DNA of 64,000 nt, from positions 30,046-94,045 of IMG/VR virus record IMGVR_UViG_3300046328_000221. The stretch is one strand, 5' to 3'. The DNA is from a virus. The translations under genes were made by a program, and so were the position numbers. Below, one piece after another: positions 20,324-30,691 of the stretch; positions within the stretch are counted from its first letter, which is position 1, and every line of letters begins with the position of its first letter. The notes below the pieces were generated by a model. The model saw only the letters and a list, made by a program, of their open reading frames with translations, did not search any database and had not been told where the DNA came from.

Positions 20324-20866
20324 ATGGCTAATAGAAAAGGCAGCATATCTGATGAAGGCTATAATGAGTCTACAATAATTCCTGGTAACAAAAAAGTATG
20401 GTTTTTAAATGGAGATTTAGTTCGTATTCATCACCTAAATAGATCTAATGGCATCATGTCTGTCTATAATATTATAAAAGATCAGATTGAAAGTTGCCTA
20501 ATTGCTGATTTTAAAAAGAATCGTGAACGTGCTTTTACAGTTGGAGAAACTGCACAACTGGTAAATCGTCACAAAAAATATATGCCTTCATTAGTAAAAA
20601 GAGGCATAATCCCAGAGCCTACTGGCTCACAAAAAGGTGGGGCACGAGGCTGGCAGGTAAGAAGCTATTACTCAGAATCTCAAGTAAGAGAAATTCGTGA
20701 TATACTTGCTTCCTACCATATTGGTCAACCAAGGAAAGATGGTCTTATTACTAACAATATGACACCATCAAAACAGGAGTTGACACGTCGTATGGGAGAT
20801 GGTATACTAACTTATACGAGAACAGAAGATGGAAGATTTATACCAGTTTGGTCTGAATCTATATAA
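20324..20866 (+). CDS. MerR-like HTH DNA-binding protein
   Basis: FTVGETAQLVNRH...RGIIPEP...RSYYSE motif. Confidence 0.65.
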   Translation: MANRKGSISDEGYNESTIIPGNKKVWFLNGDLVRIHHLNRSNGIMSVYNIIKDQIESCLIADFKKNRERAFTVGETAQLVNRHKKYMPSLVKRGIIPEPTGSQKGGARGWQVRSYYSESQVREIRDILASYHIGQPRKDGLITNNMTPSKQELTRRMGDGILTYTRTEDGRFIPVWSESI

Positions 20867-20884
20867 CCGTTGAAAGGGTTGAGA

Positions 20885-21082
20885 ATGTCAGAAGACAGTA
20901 CAAAAGTAAACGTAGCATTGGGCTACACGCTAAATCTAGGAAACTTTCAGTCATTGCGTATTGATCTAGGAGTCCAGGACTCTAAGCGAGATGGAGAGAC
21001 AACCGCAGAAGCGTTTGACCGTATCTATTCATTCGTTGAGGCAAAGCTACACGACAAGATTAAAGAGAATCAAGAAGACTAA
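20885..21082 (+). CDS. Hypothetical protein
   Basis: GYTLNLGNFQSLRIDL motif; downstream of a TTGACA-17-TATACT promoter. Confidence 0.6.
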   Translation: MSEDSTKVNVALGYTLNLGNFQSLRIDLGVQDSKRDGETTAEAFDRIYSFVEAKLHDKIKENQED

Positions 21083-21393
21083 TGGCTGTAGAACGCAAAG
21101 ACCGAATGGCTTTGCTTTCACGCTATAGCAAATTCCATACTGCTAAGTATGAACAAAAGCCGTTACTAAATCTAAATGTGGAACAATGGGCATCAGATGC
21201 TCTTATTGAATCCTATACTTTACCTTTTTGCTATGATCTGCTAGAATATTATTTCAAGGTAGCACAAAGTCCAACATGGAAATATTTTGCTAACTATGCT
21301 GACAAAATTATTGATGCAAGAGCAGAACAAGAACAAGATTCTAAGGAGAGAGCTGAGCGACGCAAGTTAGCTCAACAGTGGTTAAATGAATAA
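21082..21393 (+). CDS. Hypothetical protein (possible helicase loader/accessory)
   Basis: Coupled ORF upstream of dnaB. Confidence 0.55.
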   Translation: MAVERKDRMALLSRYSKFHTAKYEQKPLLNLNVEQWASDALIESYTLPFCYDLLEYYFKVAQSPTWKYFANYADKIIDARAEQEQDSKERAERRKLAQQWLNE

Positions 21394-22606
21394 TACAGAA
21401 GCTAAACTAATATCCGCAGTACTACAGGATAAGCAGATCCATGTTTTGCTACAAGCAAATGTGGAAACCTTGTTGCGTACTCATAATGATATTTGGACCT
21501 TTATTCGAAACTACTCAGAAAATAATGGATCTCTCCCACCAACTAATCTTGTAGTAGAAAAGTTCCGTGACTTTTCCCCAGTCGATGGGGTAGGTGCAAC
21601 CAAACATCACCTAGAAGAGCTACAGGTAGAATACCTAAACGATAGCATGAAAGATATTCTTCGTAATGCTGCCTCAGAGGTTCAAGCTGGTCAGGGATCA
21701 AAGGCACTAGAAGAACTAATTACTAAAACCTCAGAGCTTAAGAAAAACACCTCAACCATCCGTGACATTGATGCTACTGATCTTGAAGATGCTGTTGCAT
21801 ACTACCAAAACGTTCAACGCCAAATGGAGATTGGATCTATTGGTATTAAGACTGGTCTTGCTGGATTTGACAACTACCTACCATCTGGTATTATGCCAGG
21901 GCAGCTGGGCGTGTTTCTAGCCTATCCAGGTATTGGTAAATCTTGGATGGCTCTATACTTTGCGGTACAGGCATGGAAACAGGGTAAGTCACCACTAATC
22001 ATCTCACTTGAAATGAGTGAGACAGAAGTTCGTAACCGTGTATTTACAATTATGGGTGCAGGTCTGTGGTCACACCGTAAGTTATCTAATGGACAGATTG
22101 AGATCGATGATCTAAAGCGTTGGCACGAAAAGGATCTTGCTGGTAAGCCAGAGTTCCACATTATCTCAAATGATTCAGGTGGTGAAGTTACACCATCAGT
22201 TATTCGTGGAAAGATTGATCAGTATAAGCCAGATCTAATTATTGTAGACTACCTACAGTTGATGAGTCCAAACCAGAAGTCTGAAAATGAGACTGTCCGT
22301 ATGAAGAACCTTTCTCGTGAGCTAAAGCTAATGGCGATTGGTGAAGAGATGCCTATCATTGCAATCTCCTCAGCGACACCAGATGATGTTAATAAGTTGG
22401 ATACCGTTCCTACTCTAGGCCAGACTGCCTGGAGCCGTCAGATCGCTTACGACGCTGACTGGGTTTTAGCTCTGGGTCGTGCCACAAACTCTGATATCAT
22501 TGAGTGTGTATTCCGTAAAAACCGTAATGGATTTATGGGAGAGTTCCTAGTGCAAGCAGACTTTGATAAAGGCTGGTACAAGTATAAAGACTTTGAAGAT
22601 AAGTAG
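21386..22606 (+). CDS. dnaB: Replicative DNA helicase
   Basis: Walker A AYPGIGKS; SLEMS; IIVDYLQLM; KNRNG. Confidence 0.92.
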   Translation: MNNTEAKLISAVLQDKQIHVLLQANVETLLRTHNDIWTFIRNYSENNGSLPPTNLVVEKFRDFSPVDGVGATKHHLEELQVEYLNDSMKDILRNAASEVQAGQGSKALEELITKTSELKKNTSTIRDIDATDLEDAVAYYQNVQRQMEIGSIGIKTGLAGFDNYLPSGIMPGQLGVFLAYPGIGKSWMALYFAVQAWKQGKSPLIISLEMSETEVRNRVFTIMGAGLWSHRKLSNGQIEIDDLKRWHEKDLAGKPEFHIISNDSGGEVTPSVIRGKIDQYKPDLIIVDYLQLMSPNQKSENETVRMKNLSRELKLMAIGEEMPIIAISSATPDDVNKLDTVPTLGQTAWSRQIAYDADWVLALGRATNSDIIECVFRKNRNGFMGEFLVQADFDKGWYKYKDFEDK

Positions 22607-22618
22607 TTATAATGGAGT

Positions 22619-22963
22619 ATGGCCAGCTATCACCATCGACCAATTAAAAAGTTTTATTTGGATGGAGTAATCAATGATGATTCAGTGCTTGGAAGATTAA
22701 AAATTGAATACATAAGATTGTTAATATCTGAAATGAAACTTTTGGGATATGTTCCAAGACTTGACATTGATCCAGACTTTACAATACAATATAATGATAC
22801 AAAAGAATATTTTGAATTTAAATTATCAATACATGGGGTTTACACAGGGAAGAAAAAGAGCGAATGCATAACGGGAATAGACGGAACAACAGCGGTATAT
22901 ACACAAAAGAGCAAATCAAGCGTGTCCTTGCAGGAGCAGGAATCACGATTGAATCAGAAATAG
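22619..22963 (+). CDS. Hypothetical protein
   Basis: Leaderless start after TATAAT; overlaps the primase start. Confidence 0.55.
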   Translation: MASYHHRPIKKFYLDGVINDDSVLGRLKIEYIRLLISEMKLLGYVPRLDIDPDFTIQYNDTKEYFEFKLSIHGVYTGKKKSECITGIDGTTAVYTQKSKSSVSLQEQESRLNQK

Positions 22964-23808
22964 ACTCTGACTATATCATTTTCTGCCCATTCCATAATAA
23001 CTATCGCACCCCAGCAGGTGAAGTTGATAAAACTAGTGGTATATTCTTTTGCTTTTCTTGTCAAAAAGCTACAGACCTAGTTGAACTAATTATGTTTACT
23101 TCAGCTAGAACTTACTTTGAATCAGTTCGTTTTATTAAAAGTAAGCAGCAAGAGGGTAATCTAGAGCAAGAAATTGTAAGCAAGTTAATTCAAAAGCCAG
23201 ACTATGTTCAATTTGATGAACTAACGATTAAGAGACTAAACAATCAGGCCCTAGAGTCTCCTCGTGCTATGAGATATTTTAGCGGAAGATTGATAACAGA
23301 AGACTCTGTAAAGAAGTTTGTACTGGGCTTTTCTGAAAAGCAGGACATGGTAACTATTCCAGTTCACTCTCCAGATGGTATGGAGATCGGCTTTGTTGGT
23401 AGATCTATTGAGGGTAAAGAGTTTAAGAATACCCCAGGACTACCAAAGAGCAAAACCCTATTTAATCTTAATAGAACTAAGGCATCAAGCAAGGTGTATG
23501 TAGTAGAATCATCCTTTGATGCTATTCGTTTAGATCAATGTGGATTCCCAGCGGTAGCAACCCTGGGAGCTAATGTATCAAATATACAAATAGAACTTCT
23601 TCAAAAATACTTTAATAACATTATAGTTATTGCAGATAATGATGAAGCTGGTGGTAACATGAAGGATAGGCTTATTGAAAGACTAGGATCTCGTGTAACT
23701 GTCATAAAACTAGATAAACAATATAAAGACATAGGAGATATGGAAGATGCAGATATTAAAAAGTTTGACTTTTCATTTGACAAATCTATATCATCTATGT
23801 TAAACTAA
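22864..23808 (+). CDS. dnaG: DNA primase
   Basis: CPFH...CFSC zinc finger; TOPRIM motifs VVES.FD and DNDEAG. Confidence 0.9.
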   Translation: MHNGNRRNNSGIYTKEQIKRVLAGAGITIESEIDSDYIIFCPFHNNYRTPAGEVDKTSGIFFCFSCQKATDLVELIMFTSARTYFESVRFIKSKQQEGNLEQEIVSKLIQKPDYVQFDELTIKRLNNQALESPRAMRYFSGRLITEDSVKKFVLGFSEKQDMVTIPVHSPDGMEIGFVGRSIEGKEFKNTPGLPKSKTLFNLNRTKASSKVYVVESSFDAIRLDQCGFPAVATLGANVSNIQIELLQKYFNNIIVIADNDEAGGNMKDRLIERLGSRVTVIKLDKQYKDIGDMEDADIKKFDFSFDKSISSMLN

Positions 23809-23833
23809 TATACCGCTAAATAAGGAGAAAAAC

Positions 23834-24487
23834 ATGAGCGTAATTAAAGGGCTAAAAGATATCAACGCACTACTTGATAAGCCAAAATATGAAAGCACAG
23901 GATCAAAGGTTCGCTGGGTAAAGCTAGTTGACGGACAATCTGCAAAGGTTCGTTTTGTTGAAGAACTAGATTCAGATTCAGCAAACTATTCAGAAGACCG
24001 TGGTCTATCTGTAGTAATTTCAGAACACACAAATCCAAAGGACTACAAGCGTAAGGCTGCCTGTACTATTGATTCAGAAGGCCGTTGCTACGGTTGTGAG
24101 ATGGCTCGCAAGGAGCCAAAGTCAGGATGGCGTTCACGCCTACGTTTCTACTGCAATGTTCTAGTAGACGATGGCACAGAAGATCCATACGTTGCTGTAT
24201 GGTCACAGGGTATTTCAAAGCAGTCTGCTTTTAATAATATTCGTGAGTATGCACTAGATACTGGATCTATCTCAAATCTTGAGTGGAAGCTAAAGCGTAA
24301 CGGGCAGGGAACTGAAACCAACTACACTCTACTACCTAGCAAGCCAGATTCAGAACCATTTGCTTGGACAGGTCACGAATTCTTTAACCTTGAGAAGGTT
24401 GTTCGTGAAGTCCCTTATGCAGAACAGGAACAGTTCTACTTTGGTTTTGACGCACCATCAATTACTTCAGGTAACACTGACTGGTAA
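23834..24487 (+). CDS. ssDNA-binding protein (gp32-like, Zn-containing)
   Basis: H...C...CxxC pattern; R.GQGTETNY motif; acidic-aromatic tail; sits in the replication module. Confidence 0.65.
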   Translation: MSVIKGLKDINALLDKPKYESTGSKVRWVKLVDGQSAKVRFVEELDSDSANYSEDRGLSVVISEHTNPKDYKRKAACTIDSEGRCYGCEMARKEPKSGWRSRLRFYCNVLVDDGTEDPYVAVWSQGISKQSAFNNIREYALDTGSISNLEWKLKRNGQGTETNYTLLPSKPDSEPFAWTGHEFFNLEKVVREVPYAEQEQFYFGFDAPSITSGNTDW

Positions 24488-24494
24488 TCGCTGA

Positions 24495-24529
24495 GTGAGT
24501 GGGGGTAGCTATAATGGCTACCCTCATTT
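24495..24529 (+). terminator. Hairpin/terminator after SSB gene
   Basis: GGGTAGC-tataatg-GCTACCC stem. Confidence 0.6.
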
Positions 24530-24541
24530 GCCTTACAGGTA

Positions 24542-24570
24542 TTGACAACCTATAGAAAATATGTCATAAT
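24542..24570 (+). promoter_or_regulatory. Housekeeping-sigma promoter for dnaE
   Basis: TTGACA-N17-CATAAT. Confidence 0.75.
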
Positions 24571-24603
24571 TTTATATATTATAAAAATAACATTAAGGAA
24601 AAT

Positions 24604-27600
24604 ATGAGTTACGCAGGGCTTCACGTTCACACGCATTACAGTTTGTTTGACGGAATCGCCACCCCACAGGAATATGTGGATCGTGCAGTAGCGTTGGGTA
24701 TGCCAGCTATTGCAATTACTGACCATGGATCTCTATCTGGTCACCGTGAAATGTATCGTGCTGCCAAAGAAGCAGGCATTAAGCCTATCCTTGGCCTTGA
24801 GGGGTATATTACTAAAGATCGCCTACATCACGAAGATAAAAAGGCTAACAATGACCCACTAGATCTTAACTATAATCACCTTATTATTCTTGCTAAGAAT
24901 GCCCAGGGATTAGAAAACCTAAATAGACTTAATGAAATTGGTTGGACAGAGGGCTTTTACAAAAAGCCACGTATTGACTGGAAAGTCCTAGAGCAATACA
25001 AAGAAGGTCTAATTATTACATCAGGATGTCTATCTGGTGTCCTAGCTAAGGCTATTGAGGCAAATGAGTTTGCATATGCAAAAGACCATATCAAGTGGTG
25101 TAAAGAAACTTTCGGTGATGACTACTACATTGAGGTAATGCCACACAATCCTCCAGAGATTAACAAGGCTCTTCTTGAACTTGCAGATGAATTTGGGGTA
25201 TCTCCAGTAGTAACACCAGACTGTCACCACTCAGACCCATCTCAGAAAGAAATTCAAGAGCTAAAACTAATTCTTAATACCTATTCTAATCAGGTACAAA
25301 AGGATGCCAGCTATGATGGCTCTAAGAAGTATGAAAACTTGATGGATAAGCTTGACTACCTATATGGTGCAGATCGTCAAATGTCATTTAATAAGTTTGA
25401 GATTCACCTATTGTCAGATGCAGAGATGCGTAGTGCCATGGAAGCCCAGGGTATTGACCGTGAAGACATGTACCAGGCCACTCTTGATATCGTAGCTAAA
25501 ATTGAAGACTACGACATTAAAGACCATGCAGATCTCTTGCCTGTTCAGTATAAAGATCCAGACAAAGAGTTGTATGAACTAGCTATAGTTGGATTGGCTG
25601 ATCGTGGTCTTGAAGGTAAGCAGGAATATCTAGATCGTCTAGATGAAGAACTTAAGGTAATCAAAGATAAGAACTTTGGGCCATATTTCCTTGTTGTACG
25701 AAGCATGATTGCTTGGGCTAAAAAGGAAGACATTATGGTTGGTCCAGGTCGTGGTTCTGCTGCAGGTTCGCTGCTTTGCTATGCCCTAGGAATTACAGAT
25801 ATTGATCCAATTCAACATGGACTTTTGTTCTTCCGTTTTATTAACCCAGAACGTAATGACTTCCCAGATATCGATACAGATATCCAGGATTCACGTCGTG
25901 AAGAAGTAAAGGATTACCTTGTTCGTCAGTATCGCCACGTTGCTTCTATTGCAACATTTCTTGAATTTAAGGGCAAGGGTATGGTTCGTGATATTGCTCG
26001 TACACTTAATATTCCGCTACCAGATGTCAACAAAGTTCTAAAGCTAGTTGATGATTGGGATGATTACTGTAACTCAAAATCAACTGCTGAGTTCCGTGAA
26101 AAGTATCCAGAGATTGAGCTATATGGCGAACAGCTACGTGGTCGTATTCGTGGAACTGGTATTCACGCTGCAGGTGTTGTTACATCTAAGGAGCCTATCT
26201 TTAGATTTGCACCTATGGAAACTCGCACGGCACCAGGAACTAAGGAACGCATTCCAGTAGTAGCAGTAGACATGGCAGAGGCAGAGCGTATTGGTCTAAT
26301 TAAAATCGATGCTCTTGGTCTAAAGACTCTATCAGTTCTTCAAGATACTCTAAAGATTATCGAAGAGCGAGATGGCAAAAAGATTGAGCTTCTAAAGATT
26401 GATATGGAAGACAAGAATGTATACTCTATGCTATCTGACGGATATACAAAGGGTGTGTTCCAATGTGAAGCTACTCCATATACTAACTTGCTAGTTAAGA
26501 TGGGTGTCAAGAACTTTGCAGAACTTGCTGCATCTAATGCTCTAGTTCGTCCAGGTGCTGCTAATACTATTGGTAAAGACTACATTGCTCGTAAGCATGG
26601 CAAGCAGAATATCTCATATCACCACCAAGTAATGAAAGCATTTACTGCTGAAACTTATGGATGTATCCTATACCAGGAACAGGTTATGCAGGCTTGTACC
26701 GAACTTGGTGGGATGACTATGGCAGAGGCCGATAAGGTTCGTAAGATCATTGGTAAGAAGAAGGATGCCCGTGAATTTGACGCATATCGTGATCAATTTG
26801 TTACTGGGGCATCTAGATTCCTACGCCCAGAGGTCGCAGAAGAGCTGTGGACGGACTTTGAGGCCCACGCTGGGTACTCTTTCAACAAGTCTCACGCTGT
26901 GGCTTATTCGACGCTCTCATACTGGACCGCTTGGTTGAAGTACTATTACCCAATTGAGTTTATGTATTCATTGCTTAAGAATGAGAAGGATAAGGATGCT
27001 CGTACAGAGTATCTAATTGAAGCAAAGCGTATGGGTATTCCAGTTCGTCTACCACACATCAATGAGTCAGACATTGACTTTAAGATTGAGGGTAAGGGAA
27101 TTCGTTTCGGACTATCAGCTATTAAGTTTATTAGTGATAACATTGCTAGTAAGTATATTGCAGCCCGTCCATTTGCTTCTTATAAAGAGGTTGAAGACTT
27201 TACTTTTGGCAAGGGCAATGGAGTTAACAGTCGTGCTCTAAATGCTATGCGTGTTGTTGGTGCAGTTACTTTTGAGGATCAGCCACGTAATGATGAAGAG
27301 ATTAAAGAAAATCTATACGAATACCTAAACCTACCAGAATTTAATATGTCTGTTCCTGCTCACTATCATGCATTTATTAATGATGTTGAAGAGTTTGAAG
27401 AAAAGGGAGCATACGTTATTATGGGTATGGTCAAGGGAATTAAGCGTGGTAAAGGTTGGTCACGTGTAGAAATTCTAGACAAGACTGGTAGCGTGGGTAT
27501 CTTTGATGAAGAGGAAAGTTCAATTGAGGCAGGTAGAACATACATAGTCTTAGCTAGTGATAACAGAATTGTCTCAGCAGTTCCAGTAGATGAGATTAAA

Positions 27601-27876
27601 GGATCAGAATCTGGTCTAGTTAAAATTCTAAATTATCGCATGTTGCCTTTCAAAGAGGATGAACTGTTTGTGGTATCATTTAAACCTAGAATTACAAAAG
27701 CAGGAAAGAAAATGGCAGCACTAGTTTTGGCAGACGTTAGTCGTGAACTACACAGTGTCACTGTATTTCCTACAGCATTCCCTCAAGCGTACATGAGGAT
27801 TCAAGAGGGAAGTGCATACAAGTTTAAGCTTGGTAAAACTAAAGATGGAACAACTATTATGGAAGAAGTAAAATAA
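24604..27876 (+). CDS. dnaE: DNA polymerase III alpha subunit
   Basis: PHP domain HVHT.YS..DG and TDHG; GRGSAAGS; PDIDTD; YSFNKSHA. No intein evident. Confidence 0.96.
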   Translation: MSYAGLHVHTHYSLFDGIATPQEYVDRAVALGMPAIAITDHGSLSGHREMYRAAKEAGIKPILGLEGYITKDRLHHEDKKANNDPLDLNYNHLIILAKNAQGLENLNRLNEIGWTEGFYKKPRIDWKVLEQYKEGLIITSGCLSGVLAKAIEANEFAYAKDHIKWCKETFGDDYYIEVMPHNPPEINKALLELADEFGVSPVVTPDCHHSDPSQKEIQELKLILNTYSNQVQKDASYDGSKKYENLMDKLDYLYGADRQMSFNKFEIHLLSDAEMRSAMEAQGIDREDMYQATLDIVAKIEDYDIKDHADLLPVQYKDPDKELYELAIVGLADRGLEGKQEYLDRLDEELKVIKDKNFGPYFLVVRSMIAWAKKEDIMVGPGRGSAAGSLLCYALGITDIDPIQHGLLFFRFINPERNDFPDIDTDIQDSRREEVKDYLVRQYRHVASIATFLEFKGKGMVRDIARTLNIPLPDVNKVLKLVDDWDDYCNSKSTAEFREKYPEIELYGEQLRGRIRGTGIHAAGVVTSKEPIFRFAPMETRTAPGTKERIPVVAVDMAEAERIGLIKIDALGLKTLSVLQDTLKIIEERDGKKIELLKIDMEDKNVYSMLSDGYTKGVFQCEATPYTNLLVKMGVKNFAELAASNALVRPGAANTIGKDYIARKHGKQNISYHHQVMKAFTAETYGCILYQEQVMQACTELGGMTMAEADKVRKIIGKKKDAREFDAYRDQFVTGASRFLRPEVAEELWTDFEAHAGYSFNKSHAVAYSTLSYWTAWLKYYYPIEFMYSLLKNEKDKDARTEYLIEAKRMGIPVRLPHINESDIDFKIEGKGIRFGLSAIKFISDNIASKYIAARPFASYKEVEDFTFGKGNGVNSRALNAMRVVGAVTFEDQPRNDEEIKENLYEYLNLPEFNMSVPAHYHAFINDVEEFEEKGAYVIMGMVKGIKRGKGWSRVEILDKTGSVGIFDEEESSIEAGRTYIVLASDNRIVSAVPVDEIKGSESGLVKILNYRMLPFKEDELFVVSFKPRITKAGKKMAALVLADVSRELHSVTVFPTAFPQAYMRIQEGSAYKFKLGKTKDGTTIMEEVK

Positions 27877-28097
27877 TGATTACAGTATATTCAAAACCAG
27901 CCTGCGTCCAATGTGAACAGACAAAGAAACTACTAACTAAGAATGGTCTTGAGTTTGAGACTATCGATATCACAGAAGATCAATCTGCATACGATAAGAT
28001 CGTAGCAATGGGCTTTCAGGCAGCCCCTGTGGTCATTACAGATGATGATGCATGGGCAGGATTTAATCCTGTTAAAATTAATGGATTGGTGGCATAA
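27876..28097 (+). CDS. nrdH: NrdH-redoxin
   Basis: CVQC motif; WAGF.P. Confidence 0.92.
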   Translation: MITVYSKPACVQCEQTKKLLTKNGLEFETIDITEDQSAYDKIVAMGFQAAPVVITDDDAWAGFNPVKINGLVA

Positions 28098-28099
28098 GA

Positions 28100-29104
28100 A
28101 TGACTACTATGGAAGAAGCTCTTGCAGCTCTAGATCCACGTATCCGCAAGCGTTTGTCAAATGGGGTAGGATTTAAGACTGAGTATCAGGCAACGCCTAG
28201 CTATGGCTTGAACCGTGCACTAAATGGCGGATTGCCTATGGGTAGACAAGTTCTGATTTGGGGATCAAAGTCATCAGCTAAGTCATCTCTATGTCTTCAA
28301 ATGATTGCTATTGCCCAGCAAGAAGGAAAGCTTTGTGCTTGGATTGATGCAGAGATGTCATATTCTGAAGAGTGGGCAAAAGCTCTTGGGGTAGATACAG
28401 AACAACTCATTGTGTCTCAGGCACGTACTATTAATGAAATGGTAGATGTGGGAACTAACCTGATGAATGCAGGTGTAGACCTAATTGTAGTAGACTCTAT
28501 TACATCTCTTCTGCCTGCAATTTATTTTGAAAAGGATTCAGATGAACTTAAACAATTGGAAAACACTAAGCAAATTGGTGCTGAGTCAAGAGACTTTAGT
28601 AACGCTTGGAAAATGCTTAATTACGCAAACAACAAAGTTAAGCCAACGCTTTTTGTACTTATCAGCCAATCTCGCAATAACATTAGTGCTATGTATACTA
28701 GTCAACAGCCTTCTGGTGGTCAAGCTACTAAGTTCTATTCTTCAACTGTTATTAAACTCTTCTCGTCTGAATCAGACAACCAGGCTATTAAGGGTAAGAT
28801 TGCTGTCGGAGATAAGCTTATTGAGGAAAAGGTTGGACGTAAAGTTCGCTGGGAGGTTCAGTTTTCAAAAACTTCTCCAGCTTTCCAGTCTGGTGAATAC
28901 GACTTTTATTTCAGGGGCGATGTTGGCATTGATAGCGTTGGTGACCTTGTGGACACTGCAGAACTTATGGGTATTGTTAGTCGCACTGGGGCTTGGTATA
29001 TTCTCCCAGACGGCTCTAAGGTCCAGGGTAGAGAAGCTTTTGTCAACCGTGTTCGTGAAGATTTAGATCTACAGGATTCAATCAAGGCACAGGTAAATGG
29101 CTAA
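28100..29104 (+). CDS. recA: RecA-like recombinase
   Basis: GGLPMGR, WIDAE, IVVDS, GAWY motifs; variant Walker A (GSKSSAKS). Confidence 0.88.
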   Translation: MTTMEEALAALDPRIRKRLSNGVGFKTEYQATPSYGLNRALNGGLPMGRQVLIWGSKSSAKSSLCLQMIAIAQQEGKLCAWIDAEMSYSEEWAKALGVDTEQLIVSQARTINEMVDVGTNLMNAGVDLIVVDSITSLLPAIYFEKDSDELKQLENTKQIGAESRDFSNAWKMLNYANNKVKPTLFVLISQSRNNISAMYTSQQPSGGQATKFYSSTVIKLFSSESDNQAIKGKIAVGDKLIEEKVGRKVRWEVQFSKTSPAFQSGEYDFYFRGDVGIDSVGDLVDTAELMGIVSRTGAWYILPDGSKVQGREAFVNRVREDLDLQDSIKAQVNG

Positions 29105-29276
29105 GTATACAGTATTTCACGGTCAGTTTACTTGCCACGTCTGTAAGACAGAGGTTAGCTCATTGAGATCATATCCAGATACTAAAGAATTAACCTGGAT
29201 GTGCTCAGAAAAGCATCTAAGCAAAGTAAATCTGTCATATAAAAAGATTAAGAAGGACTATGAGCGAGAAAAATGA
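29097..29276 (+). CDS. Small Zn-binding protein (59 aa, not in ORF track)
   Basis: MAKYTVFHGQFTCHVCK...WMCSEKH; overlaps both neighbours. Confidence 0.65.
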   Translation: MAKYTVFHGQFTCHVCKTEVSSLRSYPDTKELTWMCSEKHLSKVNLSYKKIKKDYEREK

Positions 29277-29553
29277 GAGTAAGAGAATAGGTGCTAAACA
29301 GCACAAAAACTCTGGTAGAGGGACTCATAAGGGCGATGCTACATGGGAAAACTTTACAGTAGACTTCAAAGAGGTTGGTAAATCATTTACCATCAATAAG
29401 GAAGTCTGGGCAAAGGCAACAACAGATGCAATTAGAAATGGTAATGATCCAGCCATCGTTGTTGTCATAGGATCTGAGGGTATAAAGACAAGACTTGCTT
29501 TAATAGAACTATCCTTGCTAGAACAGCTGATTAATGGTATAATAGAAGAATAA
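29260..29553 (+). CDS. PD-(D/E)XK nuclease / Holliday resolvase-like protein
   Basis: SG...KGD...VDFKE motif. Confidence 0.6.
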   Translation: MSEKNESKRIGAKQHKNSGRGTHKGDATWENFTVDFKEVGKSFTINKEVWAKATTDAIRNGNDPAIVVVIGSEGIKTRLALIELSLLEQLINGIIEE

Positions 29554-29568
29554 CACTGGAGACAATAA

Positions 29569-29874
29569 ATGGAACATGAAACAACAACAATAGATAAAGT
29601 AAATGGTCTAACAGAAATTGCAGACTTTATGAATGACGAAGAGCTAACTCAAGCTCTTACTTTCATAGCTAAGATCATCATTAAACCAGATATTCCACTT
29701 AATGTCGCCACACTAGAAATCGTTAGACTTCAGGCAATTGCTGCAAAGATGTCTTTTAAAGCAACTTGGATGACTAACGTAGACAAAGGAGATAGAGCGA
29801 AGAAGAATATCTACTATACAGCTGCTGAGGCCATCAATGACCTAGTATCTGCATTGAAGTATATTACTCGCTAA
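29569..29874 (+). CDS. Hypothetical protein
   Basis: RBS and TGGTATAAT promoter upstream. Confidence 0.6.
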   Translation: MEHETTTIDKVNGLTEIADFMNDEELTQALTFIAKIIIKPDIPLNVATLEIVRLQAIAAKMSFKATWMTNVDKGDRAKKNIYYTAAEAINDLVSALKYITR

Positions 29875-29881
29875 TCACATC

Positions 29882-30691
29882 ATGGCAAAAAGTTTACTAC
29901 AGCAGGTTATGCTAAAGAAGATCGACAACAGTGGTCCATCTTTTATTGACAAGCAAGCACTAATTGATAAGATTCAATCTGGATACACAGTAAATCGTGT
30001 AGACAAGTTTACAACCAAAAAGACATTTGCACCTAGTACTATTGCATATTCTCATGGAGAATGTCCTCGTTACTGGTACCTTGCTTTTACTGGTGCTAAC
30101 TTTACTGATAATGCTGATGCATACGGTGGTGCTAATATGACTGCTGGTACTAAATCACATGAGCGTATTCAGGAAGCAATGGGTAATGTCCCTGGCTTCT
30201 TAGTCGATTCAGAATTTAAGATTACTTATAATGATCCTCCAATCTTTGGATTTGGTGATGTCATGCTTAACTGGGAAGGCGAAGAACTTCTTGGTGAAAT
30301 CAAGACTATGCCAAACGAAGGATTTGAATATCGTAAGCAAGCAGGGAAGCCAAAGACTGGCCACCTTGTACAGCTACTTATTTATATGAAGATCAAGAAT
30401 AAGAATAAAGCCGTATTGATTTATGAAAACAAGAATAATCACGAACTGTTGATTTTCCCTGTTGAACTTAGTCAGTACTATTTTGAGTGGGTTGAAAATG
30501 CATTTGAATGGATGCGAACAGTTCGAAAAGCTTGGGAGAATAAAGAACTTCCAACAAAGAACTATCGCTCTAATTCTAAAATCTGTAAGACATGTCCAAT
30601 TAAGGAAGCATGTGACGCAGCTGGCATTGGGGAGATCAAGATTAAATCTCTGGAGCCTATAGATGAAAACCAAGCATTGCCAGTGGTGTGA
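29882..30691 (+). CDS. Cas4-like PD-(D/E)XK exonuclease
   Basis: CPR..Y; GT..H; D...EIKT; Q..IY; CxxCxxxxxC. Confidence 0.8.
   Translation: MAKSLLQQVMLKKIDNSGPSFIDKQALIDKIQSGYTVNRVDKFTTKKTFAPSTIAYSHGECPRYWYLAFTGANFTDNADAYGGANMTAGTKSHERIQEAMGNVPGFLVDSEFKITYNDPPIFGFGDVMLNWEGEELLGEIKTMPNEGFEYRKQAGKPKTGHLVQLLIYMKIKNKNKAVLIYENKNNHELLIFPVELSQYYFEWVENAFEWMRTVRKAWENKELPTKNYRSNSKICKTCPIKEACDAAGIGEIKIKSLEPIDENQALPVV

Noticed and set aside
28527-29066. 179-aa alternate-frame ORF within recA
   Set aside because: Leu-rich off-frame translation typical of this codon bias, with no RBS.
29882-30691. Cas4-like gene as evidence of a CRISPR-Cas system
   Set aside because: No cas1, cas2 or effector genes and no repeat-spacer array. 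Solo Cas4-like nucleases are common in phage recombination modules.
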